Below are positions 16,591-26,759 of a DNA stretch of 61,019 nucleotides, one piece after another. The notes under the pieces were generated by a model that saw only the letters and a list, made by a program, of their open reading frames with translations, was not told where the DNA came from and ran no database searches. The stretch covers positions 1 to 61,019 of the forward strand of contig CAUSEU010000001.1 in NCBI GenBank assembly GCA_963530755.1. Direction: 5' to 3'. This DNA is from an uncultured Candidatus Saccharibacteria bacterium. Its GTDB lineage: Bacteria > Patescibacteriota > Saccharimonadia > Saccharimonadales > Saccharimonadaceae. The position numbers and the translations under genes are program-made. Position 1 is the first letter of the stretch. Every line of letters begins with the position of its first letter.

Positions 16591-19560
16591 ATGAAGATAA
16601 TGCGGTGGCGGAAGAAAAAGAGTGCGAATATTAAAGAAGATAAACATAGCTCAGCTAGTTGTCGTGTACACTCGCATAGACCGACTAATCGCATAGCTGT
16701 CGTATTAAGCTTATTCGCTATTATTACTATTTATTCCCTTATTGCCGGTAATATTGCTAGTGCTGACGTAGCAGAAGATATCAAAAAAGAGGTTGAGAGC
16801 TTCAAGCAGGCACAGAAAGTAACAGCTTGTAAGGATGCGATTTATGATAGTAGTAATACTGATTGTTATCTTAACGAGAAGGCTCTCAATGACATGGGTA
16901 AGATGCCAATCAGTGCGGGTGTGGGTGGATTTGTAACAGATATGTACAACCCATTTGACGAAGGGGTGCGCGGTGGATTACCCGACGGAAGAAAACGTAT
17001 TCAGTGTGACGTTATATGGCTTTCCGGTGTGGCTGGTAAATCTGATTACTTTGCCAAATATTTTTCAGAACATGCTCAGCTTAATAGTGATGATCGCATT
17101 TCCGACAGTAATCAGCTTATGATCTCTAATGTTCCCGATACCGGCATCGTTAGTAGTCCAGATAAAGTTAGGGAGAGACTTAATGCCAATAACCTTCGGG
17201 GGCTGAAAGCACAATGTAAGTTCCTTAAACAAGCGGTTAGCGATTTCCCCGTACCAAAGTTAAGTCCTGCAGCCGAAGCTCAATTATATAAAGACGCTGT
17301 GGATAAGTACTGTTCAGAGGGAGGTGGATTTGTCGAGAGTGGTAGTGGAGCTTATCAGTATGTAGTCAAGGGTGATGGTGGTAAGTATGAAGTGAAAAAA
17401 GGTGACTTTAATTTTAACTCCAAAAAGAAACAAGATATCTCTGTCTGGGCTAGTTATAAAAACAATAATGGTCAGGCAGATATGAACTGTGAAGAAGCTG
17501 TCCAGAAATATAGTAATCTAGCCGGGGCTTACGCTGAAGCACTCAATAAAGAAGCACAGAATAATCCCGACAAGAACAACACCGACGCAACTGCGCCAGA
17601 AGAGAATAAAGATGAATGTGCCGCCGAGCTGAATGGCTTTGGATCAATAATCTGTTCGGGGCAGAACTTATTTGTCACCATCACTCAGGTCTTGTTCAAT
17701 ACAGTAGCAAAGATACTGGAGTCTCAAGCGGAGTTAACTAAAGAGGATGCAGTTCGTAAACAATGGGGTAACCTTCTAAATGTCGCTAATGCTATACTGA
17801 TCATCGCTTTCCTGGTGGTAATCTACTCGACGGCTACCTCGACTGGTGGACTATCAAACTACGATATTAAGAAGCTACTACCCAGGATCATCATCTTCGC
17901 TATGGCGATTAACTTATCTTACTACATCTGCATGGCACTAGTAGATCTGTCAAATATTCTGGGTCATGGTATATTCGGGCTATTCCTGGGCGGTAAGACT
18001 GGCGATGCCCCTCAGCTAATGAAAACCGCCAAGGCGACTGCTGATGTAATATCACCTGAGGTGGGGGTTATAACTACCGTAGCTATAGTAGCCATCCTAA
18101 TATTCTTAGTAGGACCACCGATAATCATAGCCTTACTAACCATCCTCTTTGCTCTAGTCGTCCGTGGTATGGCTCTGATGATACTGGTGATCATCTCGCC
18201 GGTCGCTATCGCCTCTTATCTATTCAATAGTCAAGGGCTCAGTAAGGGCTTCACTATGTGGCGGGACAACTACATCAAGTTGCTATTAGTTTACCCTCTC
18301 TTTATGCTGGTCTGGGCCGGATCAAGAGTAGTATCTAGTCTAAATCCTGATAGCCCCGATGCTGCACTAGCTATATTCAGCTTACTAATGGAAGTGATTT
18401 GTCTGGTAGCTCCTGCAATGTCAATCCTGCCCCTCTTTAAAATGTCAGGTGATATCATGGGTAAGGCTACCATCGCTGCTCAGAACAACCGGGCAGCTAA
18501 CAAGTTCGCCGGTTGGGCAGGATCAAAGTTTACGGGTAAGCCCGGTGATCCAAATAGTCCTGGACTGAGAGGCAGGGCAGCAGGAGCAATTGGCGGGGCG
18601 ATCGGTGGAGCAGCCGGGGCGGCCGCCGGTAGAGCAGCGGGTGCTGTTCAGAATATGAGAGGGGGAGCTAGCACCGGTAACATCGCCAGTCAGCTTGATA
18701 GTCAAGCAATGGATTCTGCCCGAAAGAAAGTAGATAAATATAGCGATAAGGATCTAAAGACTGCCTTTACCACAGGTCAGATAGGCGGTAAGACACTTGA
18801 TCCGTACCTGATGAGGGCGGCTATCGAAAAAGAGCTACCTAACGCTAGTGCAGCCGAGGTTAAGCAGTCAATGCAAGCTGTCAATACAGAGGCAGATAAG
18901 CTAAGAAAGAATGGTCGAGCAGCTGATGCTGATAGACTGGTTCAGACCTTCGCTAATACCGCTAGCGCTAACGGTAACTCTATTATGAGCGGAAAATCGC
19001 TAAGAAACTTCGCCTCCAGTGGCGGCTGGAATACTAGCCAATTTGAGGCGAATTACGCTGATGCTGTAGCAGACTATTCCTCTACCCAGCTGACAGCTCA
19101 GGATGCTGCCGGTATGGATGCCGCCGATCTAATCCAGATGCGTACAACGCTTCAGAATGCGGGGGTTAATGGCGGTAATATCGCTCAGGCAGATGCCGGA
19201 CTAAGTAGTATGGCGAGACAATCCAACATCGCCCTAAGTGATCCTAAACTGGCTAGGAAGATGTCTGCCCCGACTGCCACCGCCTTAAATGATAATACTA
19301 TGGTGCGTAGTACGGCCGGAGAAAAACTCGCTAACACTCACAAGATACCTAACATATATCACGACTACAATTCCGGTGGTGGTTCATCTACCCTGGCTAT
19401 CCTACATGCAAATAAGATGATGCGGCATTCTGATTTCGGCAAGTTAGACGCTATAGACCAAAGTAGACTAAGGGCTATCGCCAGTGCCAGTGCACCTACC
19501 GGAACCGGTGCTCCTGCAGCACCGGTGGTGATAGCTAGCTGGGATAGTAGGGTACCCTAG
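16591..19560 (+). CDS. VirB6/TrbL-like T4SS inner-membrane protein with large N- and C-terminal extensions
   Basis: Central polytopic core (W..LLNVANAILIIAFLVVIYS...YDIKKLLPR...NLSYYIC...VDLSN...R.MALMILVIISPVA); Cys-containing N-terminal domain; Gly/Ala-rich C-terminus; T4SS context. Confidence 0.75.
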   Translation: MKIMRWRKKKSANIKEDKHSSASCRVHSHRPTNRIAVVLSLFAIITIYSLIAGNIASADVAEDIKKEVESFKQAQKVTACKDAIYDSSNTDCYLNEKALNDMGKMPISAGVGGFVTDMYNPFDEGVRGGLPDGRKRIQCDVIWLSGVAGKSDYFAKYFSEHAQLNSDDRISDSNQLMISNVPDTGIVSSPDKVRERLNANNLRGLKAQCKFLKQAVSDFPVPKLSPAAEAQLYKDAVDKYCSEGGGFVESGSGAYQYVVKGDGGKYEVKKGDFNFNSKKKQDISVWASYKNNNGQADMNCEEAVQKYSNLAGAYAEALNKEAQNNPDKNNTDATAPEENKDECAAELNGFGSIICSGQNLFVTITQVLFNTVAKILESQAELTKEDAVRKQWGNLLNVANAILIIAFLVVIYSTATSTGGLSNYDIKKLLPRIIIFAMAINLSYYICMALVDLSNILGHGIFGLFLGGKTGDAPQLMKTAKATADVISPEVGVITTVAIVAILIFLVGPPIIIALLTILFALVVRGMALMILVIISPVAIASYLFNSQGLSKGFTMWRDNYIKLLLVYPLFMLVWAGSRVVSSLNPDSPDAALAIFSLLMEVICLVAPAMSILPLFKMSGDIMGKATIAAQNNRAANKFAGWAGSKFTGKPGDPNSPGLRGRAAGAIGGAIGGAAGAAAGRAAGAVQNMRGGASTGNIASQLDSQAMDSARKKVDKYSDKDLKTAFTTGQIGGKTLDPYLMRAAIEKELPNASAAEVKQSMQAVNTEADKLRKNGRAADADRLVQTFANTASANGNSIMSGKSLRNFASSGGWNTSQFEANYADAVADYSSTQLTAQDAAGMDAADLIQMRTTLQNAGVNGGNIAQADAGLSSMARQSNIALSDPKLARKMSAPTATALNDNTMVRSTAGEKLANTHKIPNIYHDYNSGGGSSTLAILHANKMMRHSDFGKLDAIDQSRLRAIASASAPTGTGAPAAPVVIASWDSRVP

Positions 19561-19562
19561 AC

Positions 19563-20222
19563 ATGCCCGACAAGCGTAAGCTATACCTGATAGCCGCAGT
19601 GGCGATGGTGGTGATCATGGTTATCATCATCATAGCCACAGTGCTGGGCGGTAATAAACGAGACCAAGCGAATATCAGAGGTGGTAGCACTAACACTATC
19701 CGTGGTACTAGTACTGCTGGTACTAGTGCTGGTACTAGTGGTGGTACTAGTGGCAACTCCTCCAGCTCGTCTCGCTCCGGCTCTCATTCCAGCTCCAGCA
19801 CCTCAGGTAGCCGTAGCAGTAATAGTAATGAGATCACCCCTGAGGACTACCCGGTTAAGAGGCTTGACCAAGTCGCCCAGAATCTACCTAGAGAAGAGAT
19901 GCTAAATATTCAGCGCCAGATCGGCTACACCCTCAGACTTAATAAGGTATCAGGCGATCATGGCGATATCATCATCCGTAAGAATAGCTATCATCAGACT
20001 ATGACTGACGCCGATAAGCTGATCTACCAGACGGACTTCATCATCGACTTACCTAAGGTCAAGCAGTCTTATCAGGTGAAAGACAGCTACTCACCCCTGC
20101 CCGCCGAGACTTCAGGACTATACGACTACACCACTCTGATCCTCTGCCTCGATAAGTCACAGCTAATCTATGGTGACTTTAACTGCAACGACCGGATCAA
20201 GAGCGAGCGACGAGGCTACTAA
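19563..20222 (+). CDS. Hypothetical membrane-anchored protein with Ser/Thr/Gly linker (T4SS locus)
   Basis: N-terminal TM, GTS(A/G) repeats (GGTACTAGT units ~19704-19753), C-terminal Cys pair. Confidence 0.75.
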   Translation: MPDKRKLYLIAAVAMVVIMVIIIIATVLGGNKRDQANIRGGSTNTIRGTSTAGTSAGTSGGTSGNSSSSSRSGSHSSSSTSGSRSSNSNEITPEDYPVKRLDQVAQNLPREEMLNIQRQIGYTLRLNKVSGDHGDIIIRKNSYHQTMTDADKLIYQTDFIIDLPKVKQSYQVKDSYSPLPAETSGLYDYTTLILCLDKSQLIYGDFNCNDRIKSERRGY

Positions 20223-20250
20223 TTAGCTACCAGATAATCATAAACTCTTT

Positions 20251-20277
20251 CTGGCACTCTAGGCTTGCAAGTGCTAA
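20251..20277 (+). promoter_or_regulatory. CIRCE element (HrcA operator) overlapping the groES promoter
   Basis: CTGGCACTC-N9-AAGTGCTAA versus consensus TTAGCACTC-N9-GAGTGCTAA; overlaps TTGCAA-17-TATATT. Confidence 0.8.
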
Positions 20278-20326
20278 CTATCTGCGCTATATTAGCTGTA
20301 TCGGTCAATATGATAAGGAGGAGTAA

Positions 20327-20602
20327 ATGAGTAATGTTCCACTTCGTCCATTAGCTGATCGCTTAGTCGCTATGCGGGAAGAAGCCGCCACTAAGACAGC
20401 TACCGGACTATACCTACCAGCTGATACTAAAGAGAAATCGCAGATCGCTAAGGTGGTAGCAGTCGGTCAGGATGTCAAAGAAATTAAGACAGGGGAGCGA
20501 ATCGTAGTACGAGAGTACTCGACCAGTGATATCAAGGTAGACGGAGTCGAGTACCTGATCGTCAAAGAAGAAGATGTCCTAGCAATAGTAAAGGAGAAAT
20601 AA
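20327..20602 (+). CDS. groES: Co-chaperonin GroES
   Basis: LRPLADR...KTATGLYLP...VVAVG...YLIVKEEDVLAIV; SD AAGGAGG. Confidence 0.97.
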   Translation: MSNVPLRPLADRLVAMREEAATKTATGLYLPADTKEKSQIAKVVAVGQDVKEIKTGERIVVREYSTSDIKVDGVEYLIVKEEDVLAIVKEK

Positions 20603-22228
20603 ATGGCAAAGCAAGTATTCTATGGTGATGAAGCGAGAGAGAAAGTCCTCGCCGGTGCTAAGACCTTAGCTGATGCAGTCAAGACTACTATGGGGCCGAA
20701 GGGGCGTAACGTAGTCATCAGCAAGTCCTACGGCGGACCAAATGTCACTCATGATGGTGTCACCGTCGCCGAGGCGATCGACTTACCGGAAAATGAGGAT
20801 AATCTGGGCGAGAAGGTTGGTGCCGAGCTGATCAAACAGGCGGCCAAGAAGATGAATAAGGCGGCCGGCGATGGCACCACCACCGTGACTGTTCTGACCT
20901 ATGAGATCTTAAAAGAGGCTAATCGGCTGATCGCCGCCGGACATAATCCGATGGAGCTGCGCAAGGGTGTCGAAAAGGCCGGTGCTCAGGTATTAAGTGA
21001 GCTTAATAAGATCGCCGAGCCGGTCGATGGTAAGAACGATCTCATCACCGAGGTAGCCAGTATCAGCGCCGGTGACACCGAGATCGGCAAGCTGATCGCC
21101 AGTGTTATCTCTCATATCGGTAAAGATGGGGTGGTCAGTGTCGAGGCCGGTCAAGGTCTAGCTATGGAGTCGGAAATCACCGAAGGTTTCACCTTTGACC
21201 GAGGCTATGTCTCTGCCTATATGGCGACTGATACCAATAGGATGGAAGCCGTCTATGACAAGCCGGCCATCATCATCACTGACAAGAAGATTAGCTCGGC
21301 TCAAGAAATGCTTCCTCTAATGGAGAAACTAGTTGCCTCCGGTAAGAAAGATATCGTACTGATCGCCGAAGATGTCGAGGGTGAAGCACTGGGTATCCTT
21401 ATCCTTAATCGCCTCAAGGGGGCTCTCAATACCGTCGCCGTTAAGGCACCATCTTTTGGTGATCGGCGTAAGGAAGTCTTGCAAGATATCGCCACATTAA
21501 CCGGAGCTAGCGTCATTACTTCTGATCAAGGTATGACCTTTGATAATGTCGGACTAGAGGTAGTCGGCTCAGCCCGCAAGGTAATTGTCGCTAAGGATAA
21601 TACTACGATCATCGAAGGAGCCGGTGACAAGACTACCATTAGCCAACGCATCGACCAGATCAAGGCTCAAGCCGGCGTCGCTACCTCAGATTACGATCGA
21701 GAGCAGCTGGACAAGCGAGCCGCTGCCCTCAGCGGTAAAGTCGCCGTGATTAAGGTCGGTGGGGCGACCGAGACCGAAATCGACGAGAAGAAATATCGGG
21801 TAGATGACGCCGTAGCGGCCGTCAAGGCAGCCCTGCTGGAAGGAATAGTACCGGGCGGTGGAGTAACCCCGATCAACTTAGCTAGTAAGATTACCGGTGA
21901 TAGTGCCGGGGCGGAGATCATGCGTAATGCTCTACTGATGCCCTTCAAACAGCTAGCTACTAACGCCGGCCTAAACGCCGAGGCACTCTTAGCCCAGGTA
22001 CAAGAGGCTAAACCCGGCTATGGTGTCGATGTAGCGAACTACCAAGGTAAGCTGATCGACCTAAAGAAGGCCGGAGTGGTTGACCCGGCGATGGTTACCT
22101 ATCAAGCGATCCAGAATGCCGTTTCGATCGCCAGTACCGCCATGACTATGGGGGCGCTAGTAGTAGATATCCCTGAGAAGCCAGCCGCCGAAGCAGCTGG
22201 TAACCCCGGTATGGGGATGGGCTACTAG
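20603..22228 (+). CDS. groEL: Chaperonin GroEL
   Basis: TMGPKGRNV, AGDGTTT, AVKAPSFGDRRK, EGIVPGGG, GMGMGY tail. Confidence 0.98.
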   Translation: MAKQVFYGDEAREKVLAGAKTLADAVKTTMGPKGRNVVISKSYGGPNVTHDGVTVAEAIDLPENEDNLGEKVGAELIKQAAKKMNKAAGDGTTTVTVLTYEILKEANRLIAAGHNPMELRKGVEKAGAQVLSELNKIAEPVDGKNDLITEVASISAGDTEIGKLIASVISHIGKDGVVSVEAGQGLAMESEITEGFTFDRGYVSAYMATDTNRMEAVYDKPAIIITDKKISSAQEMLPLMEKLVASGKKDIVLIAEDVEGEALGILILNRLKGALNTVAVKAPSFGDRRKEVLQDIATLTGASVITSDQGMTFDNVGLEVVGSARKVIVAKDNTTIIEGAGDKTTISQRIDQIKAQAGVATSDYDREQLDKRAAALSGKVAVIKVGGATETEIDEKKYRVDDAVAAVKAALLEGIVPGGGVTPINLASKITGDSAGAEIMRNALLMPFKQLATNAGLNAEALLAQVQEAKPGYGVDVANYQGKLIDLKKAGVVDPAMVTYQAIQNAVSIASTAMTMGALVVDIPEKPAAEAAGNPGMGMGY

Positions 22229-22255
22229 TTAACTAGCCGGTACGTTCTCTAAGCT

Positions 22256-22284
22256 ATATAGCCCGAGTCATACTCGGGCTATAT
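22256..22284. terminator. Hairpin terminator after groEL
   Basis: ATATAGCCCGAGT-cat-ACTCGGGCTATAT, a 13-bp perfect stem between convergent genes. Confidence 0.75.
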
Positions 22285-22323
22285 TAATTTAGACTAGGTC
22301 AAGCTAAGTCTCAGTGGGTAGAA

Positions 22324-22866
22324 CTAACCTTTCTTCTGAGTGAAGAAATCGATCTCTTTTAAGATGTCCAGGAGTGCCTGAGCTCTCTTCACTTCATCAG
22401 GGATCGCCATAGCAGCCTGATGCGCCATCGGGATGAGCGAGCTATCATCAATCGTCCGGATCAGCAATAGGAGAGTATCAAACTTATCAGCCGGCGCCAA
22501 GAAATCAAGTCTATTTACCAGTGGTCGCAACTCTGAGATAACTTGCAGACGAATATCACCAAGCGCTCCACTATCGACATTACGACCCAGCAGATTAACA
22601 TTCGGTGGAGTAGCAGGAGTAGGCTCCGACTTCGCCTTAGTCGGCTTAGCGGGCTGAGCTAAGACATCGGTCAAGATAGGGTCAGCTGGTTGAGCCGGAC
22701 CGGATTTACCGGTCGGTTTAGCCGGAGCAGCCGGAGCTGGCTTAGCCGGTTGAGCCGCCGGCTGGTTCACCGCTTGATTGGCCGGTGCGCTAGCCTGCTG
22801 CTCCTGCCGCAAGCTGGCGATCATCTTATTTAGCTCTTCATCATTAACACCCGATTGATTCTGCAT
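22324..22866 (-). CDS. Hypothetical protein (Pro/Ala-rich linker, helical C-terminal domain)
   Basis: 180-aa ORF with SD-like GGTGGGAG; C-terminal ELRPLV..L...KFDTLLLLIR...RAQALLDILKEIDFF. Confidence 0.75.
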   Translation of the reverse strand: MQNQSGVNDEELNKMIASLRQEQQASAPANQAVNQPAAQPAKPAPAAPAKPTGKSGPAQPADPILTDVLAQPAKPTKAKSEPTPATPPNVNLLGRNVDSGALGDIRLQVISELRPLVNRLDFLAPADKFDTLLLLIRTIDDSSLIPMAHQAAMAIPDEVKRAQALLDILKEIDFFTQKKG

Positions 22867-22940
22867 ACTCCCACCTGTTTTTAGTTATAAAAGTAGTATA
22901 ATTATAGCATAAGAGTTATAACAAACAAGAAAAGAGGTAT

Positions 22941-23993
22941 ATGAACCTAGACAGTATCGATCAGATCAAGCAAGCCGACCCGGAGCAAGCTCTGACCGTC
23001 ATCAGTAATTCGGCCGATCAGCTCAGTTTTCAACCTGAGCTGCACCACGAGATAGGGGAACACGGTGAAGTCAGGAATATCATCATCAGCGGCATGGGCG
23101 GCTCGTGCTTAGCCGGGCTAATCTGTCAGACCTGGCTGGATCATGATTATCAGCTTAGTGTGCCGCTGGAGGTAAGTCGAGACTATCAGCTACCTGCTTA
23201 CACCGACAGTCACTCCTTGGTTATCTGTGTCAGTGTCAGCGGTAATACCGAAGAGACGATTAGTTCATTGATTGACGCTCAGAATAAAGGAGCGATGACG
23301 ACCGTTATCACTAGCGGTGGTAAGTTACTGGAGCTCGCTATAGCGCAGCATCTACCATATATCCGGCTAGATAAGATCAGTCAGCCTCGTTATGGCGTAC
23401 CGATGCACTTACTAGCTATCACCGGCATCTTAGAGGCTTATCAGGTGATAGACCATCAGCCGGTCGCTCAACTAGTAAGTTTAGCTGAGGGTGTCCGACA
23501 GTTCGCTCAGTCACTGACCCCCGAGGTAGCTACTGAGCATAACCCGGCTAAGAAGCTAGCTCTTGATTGCGCCGGCAAAACCCCCTTAGTCTATACCAGC
23601 CACCTCTTTAGTCCCTTAGCTTACAAGTGGAAGACCAGCTTTAACGAAAACGCTAAGAATATTATCTGGTGTAATGAGTTTCCTGAGTTTAATCATAATG
23701 AGTTCATCGGCTGGACTTCCCACCCGATCGATAAACCTTTTTGTGTGATCAATCTGAGAAGTAATCTCGATAACCCCAGAATCAACCGGCGGCTTGACCT
23801 AACTGACCGCCTCTTATCCGGCTTCCGCCCCCAGGCACACAACCTTACTCTAGCAGGTCAGAGCTATATCGAGCAGGTACTTAATGGCGCCATCTTAGGT
23901 GATATGACGAGTATCTACCTAGCCTTCCTTAACGGTGTTGACCCGACCCCGGTAGCACTGGTAGAGAAGTTTAAGCAGGAGTTAGTTAAATAA
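22941..23993 (+). CDS. Bifunctional phosphoglucose/phosphomannose isomerase (SIS domain)
   Basis: SGMGGS, SVSGNTEET, SGGKL, QPR, KTSFNENAK, PEFNHNE, GVDPTPV..VEKFK. Confidence 0.9.
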   Translation: MNLDSIDQIKQADPEQALTVISNSADQLSFQPELHHEIGEHGEVRNIIISGMGGSCLAGLICQTWLDHDYQLSVPLEVSRDYQLPAYTDSHSLVICVSVSGNTEETISSLIDAQNKGAMTTVITSGGKLLELAIAQHLPYIRLDKISQPRYGVPMHLLAITGILEAYQVIDHQPVAQLVSLAEGVRQFAQSLTPEVATEHNPAKKLALDCAGKTPLVYTSHLFSPLAYKWKTSFNENAKNIIWCNEFPEFNHNEFIGWTSHPIDKPFCVINLRSNLDNPRINRRLDLTDRLLSGFRPQAHNLTLAGQSYIEQVLNGAILGDMTSIYLAFLNGVDPTPVALVEKFKQELVK

Positions 23994-24911
23994 GACTCGT
24001 ACCGGACGAGACGAGCGAATCGCCACTATCTCTTTGACCGGACCGAGGTTGATATTGTCACCGGAGATATTAGCGGTGATATCTACTTGGTTCTCAATGA
24101 ACTTCAACTCCTCCAGGTCAGTCAGGACACCCGGCAACTTAGCTGTCCAGAGACCGGCCATCAAGATCTTTTGGCCCAGGTTCTTTCCCTTAGTCATAGC
24201 GTGATGAAAAAAGAACTCCGAACGAGCCAGCCTGATATCTTTGGGTAGGCGTAAAACATTATGGGCGGCCGAAATGGTGAAAAAGCCGATCGAATCGTCC
24301 CGCATTAGTCGCCCGTCTCGGTAAAAATCGGGGAACTCCAGCCGGTCAATCTGACGGGAGATTTTTCCTAACTGATTAAGCGGCAGGGAAGCAGCCGGTG
24401 ATAAACGTCGAAGTGTCCGACGAGCTCGTCTGATCGGAGTCTGATTAAGACAATCAACCAGAACGGTCGTCGCTCCGAAAGTGACATAAGAAGCTAGTGA
24501 GAAGGTGAGCCTTCCGTCCACTACGATATTCAGCGGATGGTAATCAACTACCGACTGATTAAGGATTGCCCGAGCCGAACGGTGACGACCATTGAAAGCC
24601 CGAGAAATGTCATTACCATTACCTAGGGGAATAGTACCGTAAACGATTGTCCGGTTAGCCTGATAAACCGCCTGAAAAGTCACCTGGGCGATGCCGTCGC
24701 CTCCCGCCGCAATAACCAGGTCACCATCCAGCAGCTCCGGAGATAACCGCTCTATCACTTGGTGGTAGGGGATATTGTCCAGACAGACTTCCCGCAGCCC
24801 CCAGCCAAGCTCTTGACCGGTAGCGACCAGTCGATCACGTACCTGCTGATATCGTTTCGCCTTGGTCGAGTGATGGGAAAAGACGACGACGATACGTTTG
24901 ATATCATCCAT
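23982..24911 (-). CDS. Diacylglycerol/lipid kinase catalytic-domain protein
   Basis: AAGGDGI and IPLGNGNDIS motifs. Confidence 0.75.
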   Translation of the reverse strand: MDDIKRIVVVFSHHSTKAKRYQQVRDRLVATGQELGWGLREVCLDNIPYHQVIERLSPELLDGDLVIAAGGDGIAQVTFQAVYQANRTIVYGTIPLGNGNDISRAFNGRHRSARAILNQSVVDYHPLNIVVDGRLTFSLASYVTFGATTVLVDCLNQTPIRRARRTLRRLSPAASLPLNQLGKISRQIDRLEFPDFYRDGRLMRDDSIGFFTISAAHNVLRLPKDIRLARSEFFFHHAMTKGKNLGQKILMAGLWTAKLPGVLTDLEELKFIENQVDITANISGDNINLGPVKEIVAIRSSRPVRVLFN

Positions 24912-24914
24912 AGC

Positions 24915-26759
24915 TTATTGATTGGGAGTAGTCGAGATTAGACGGGTTTCTGTCTCTGAAGGTAAGATCTGAATCATCACATGGTTCTGCCCGGCAAAGA
25001 AGAGACCTTGCCCGACCGAGAAGTTCGATAGCCGCTTCAACTCCTCTTCCGTTAGCTTAAAGACTCGTCCTAAGACGTCAATGGCTGTCGGTGATTGCTT
25101 CAGTAAGATCTGGATCGATGAGTTAGCGACAATCGCCTGGCCCATCGGTGAAGTGATGAAGTCACCCACATCCTGAGTCACTGTAGTCAAGCCAAGGTTG
25201 TACTTACGAGCTCGCTTAGCCAGTGAGAACATGAAATTAGCACTATCGGGGTATTTCATCAGCTGCCATGCCTCATCAACGATCAGGAAGCGTTTACGCT
25301 GGTCTGAACGCACTTTACCCCAGATATGGTTCAGCACGATATACATCGCCACCGGCCTAAGCTCATCCTCAAGATCACGGATATTAAAGACTACCATATG
25401 GTTATTGATTGCCACGTTACTCTGCTGTGAAAAGATACCGGCAAATGTCCCTGTCGTATATTGACGCAGACGTTGAGCCAGCTCCGGACCGGTACCACCC
25501 ATATGGAGCAGAGTGTCCATCAAGTCAGACATGATAGGCGGGGTAGAGTTCTGGGTCAGCGGGTCGGAAGTAATACCGGCTCGAGCATAAGTATCGATCA
25601 GAGCCTGGTCAAGATCAGCCTCTTCCCTAGGAGTTAAGATGTTAACTACCGTACCATCTGAAGCTACCTGGCTTGAGCCCAGCATCTGACGCAGCAAGCC
25701 ATGTAGGGTGATTAGGTTAGCCCGGAGAGCATCGACTTCGTCACCGGCATTAACGTCATCTTGATCAATCACTCGAGGTAGGTCAAAGGGGTTAACCCTG
25801 GTCTCACTGCTAAGTGACAAGCGGATATACGAGCCGCCAACCGCCTCACAGAGCTTTTGATACTCGTTCTCCGGGTCGATAATGATGATATCTACCCCCA
25901 TCATCATCGACCGGAGCGCCTCCAGCTTGACAGTGAATGACTTGCCCGAACCTGATTTAGCGAAGACGACCATGTTGTAATTCTCTAAGCTGAACCGATC
26001 AAAGATGATCAGACCGTTGTTATGAAGATTAACCCCGTAAAAGATACCATTATCCTGAGTCAAATCGGCTGAAGTGAAGGGGAAGGTGGTCGATAGAGCA
26101 CCGGTATCCATGTTGTGACGGATCTGCAAATCATCAGTAAACTGCGGCACGGTCGAGTTAAGACCTTGCTCCTGCTGAGCACTAGCCACCTTGGTCAGTA
26201 CCATCTGCTGGCCCAGTAAAGTCTCAATCTTATGAGTGACGAAGGCAAGCTCACTCTCACTCTTACATGACAGCGTCAAGTATAAGCCGAAACGGAAGAA
26301 CTTCTCTGACCCTACCTGAAGCTTGTCTCGCAGCTCTTCCGCATCTTGGTATGATGCCTGCATGGCCGGATCACGCACCATGCCTTTCTCGGCATTGATC
26401 TGCATCGACGCCTCAAGCTGAGTCACTTTGCGCTGCAGATTCTCCATGACTACCCGGGAGTCAACCGGATAGATAAACATCGAGATATCCAGGACTTCGT
26501 CGAGATTAATGATCGATGACAGCCAGCCGGTATAAATAGACCGGGGATATCCGTAGACATAGAGAGTCCGGCAGAAACGGGTACCTAGGTTAAAGTAATT
26601 TGACTTGAACTCCAGGCTAGCCGGAGCTACTAAGTCACGTAGGGTAGTGATGCCTTTTTGTAGGACACTTTCTACTTCGGATGCTTCTCGAGCCTGCTGC
26701 TGAGCTAACAGGCTAGCCTGTTGCTGCTGGGCTTTCTTCTTATTCCGGTCTTTGCTCAT
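24915..26759 (-). CDS. virB4: VirB4/TraC-like T4SS ATPase
   Basis: NMVVFAKSGSGKS Walker A, IIDPENEY, RVNPFDL, IVDEAW Walker B, KRARKY, TQD. Confidence 0.9.
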   Translation of the reverse strand: MSKDRNKKKAQQQQASLLAQQQAREASEVESVLQKGITTLRDLVAPASLEFKSNYFNLGTRFCRTLYVYGYPRSIYTGWLSSIINLDEVLDISMFIYPVDSRVVMENLQRKVTQLEASMQINAEKGMVRDPAMQASYQDAEELRDKLQVGSEKFFRFGLYLTLSCKSESELAFVTHKIETLLGQQMVLTKVASAQQEQGLNSTVPQFTDDLQIRHNMDTGALSTTFPFTSADLTQDNGIFYGVNLHNNGLIIFDRFSLENYNMVVFAKSGSGKSFTVKLEALRSMMMGVDIIIIDPENEYQKLCEAVGGSYIRLSLSSETRVNPFDLPRVIDQDDVNAGDEVDALRANLITLHGLLRQMLGSSQVASDGTVVNILTPREEADLDQALIDTYARAGITSDPLTQNSTPPIMSDLMDTLLHMGGTGPELAQRLRQYTTGTFAGIFSQQSNVAINNHMVVFNIRDLEDELRPVAMYIVLNHIWGKVRSDQRKRFLIVDEAWQLMKYPDSANFMFSLAKRARKYNLGLTTVTQDVGDFITSPMGQAIVANSSIQILLKQSPTAIDVLGRVFKLTEEELKRLSNFSVGQGLFFAGQNHVMIQILPSETETRLISTTPNQ

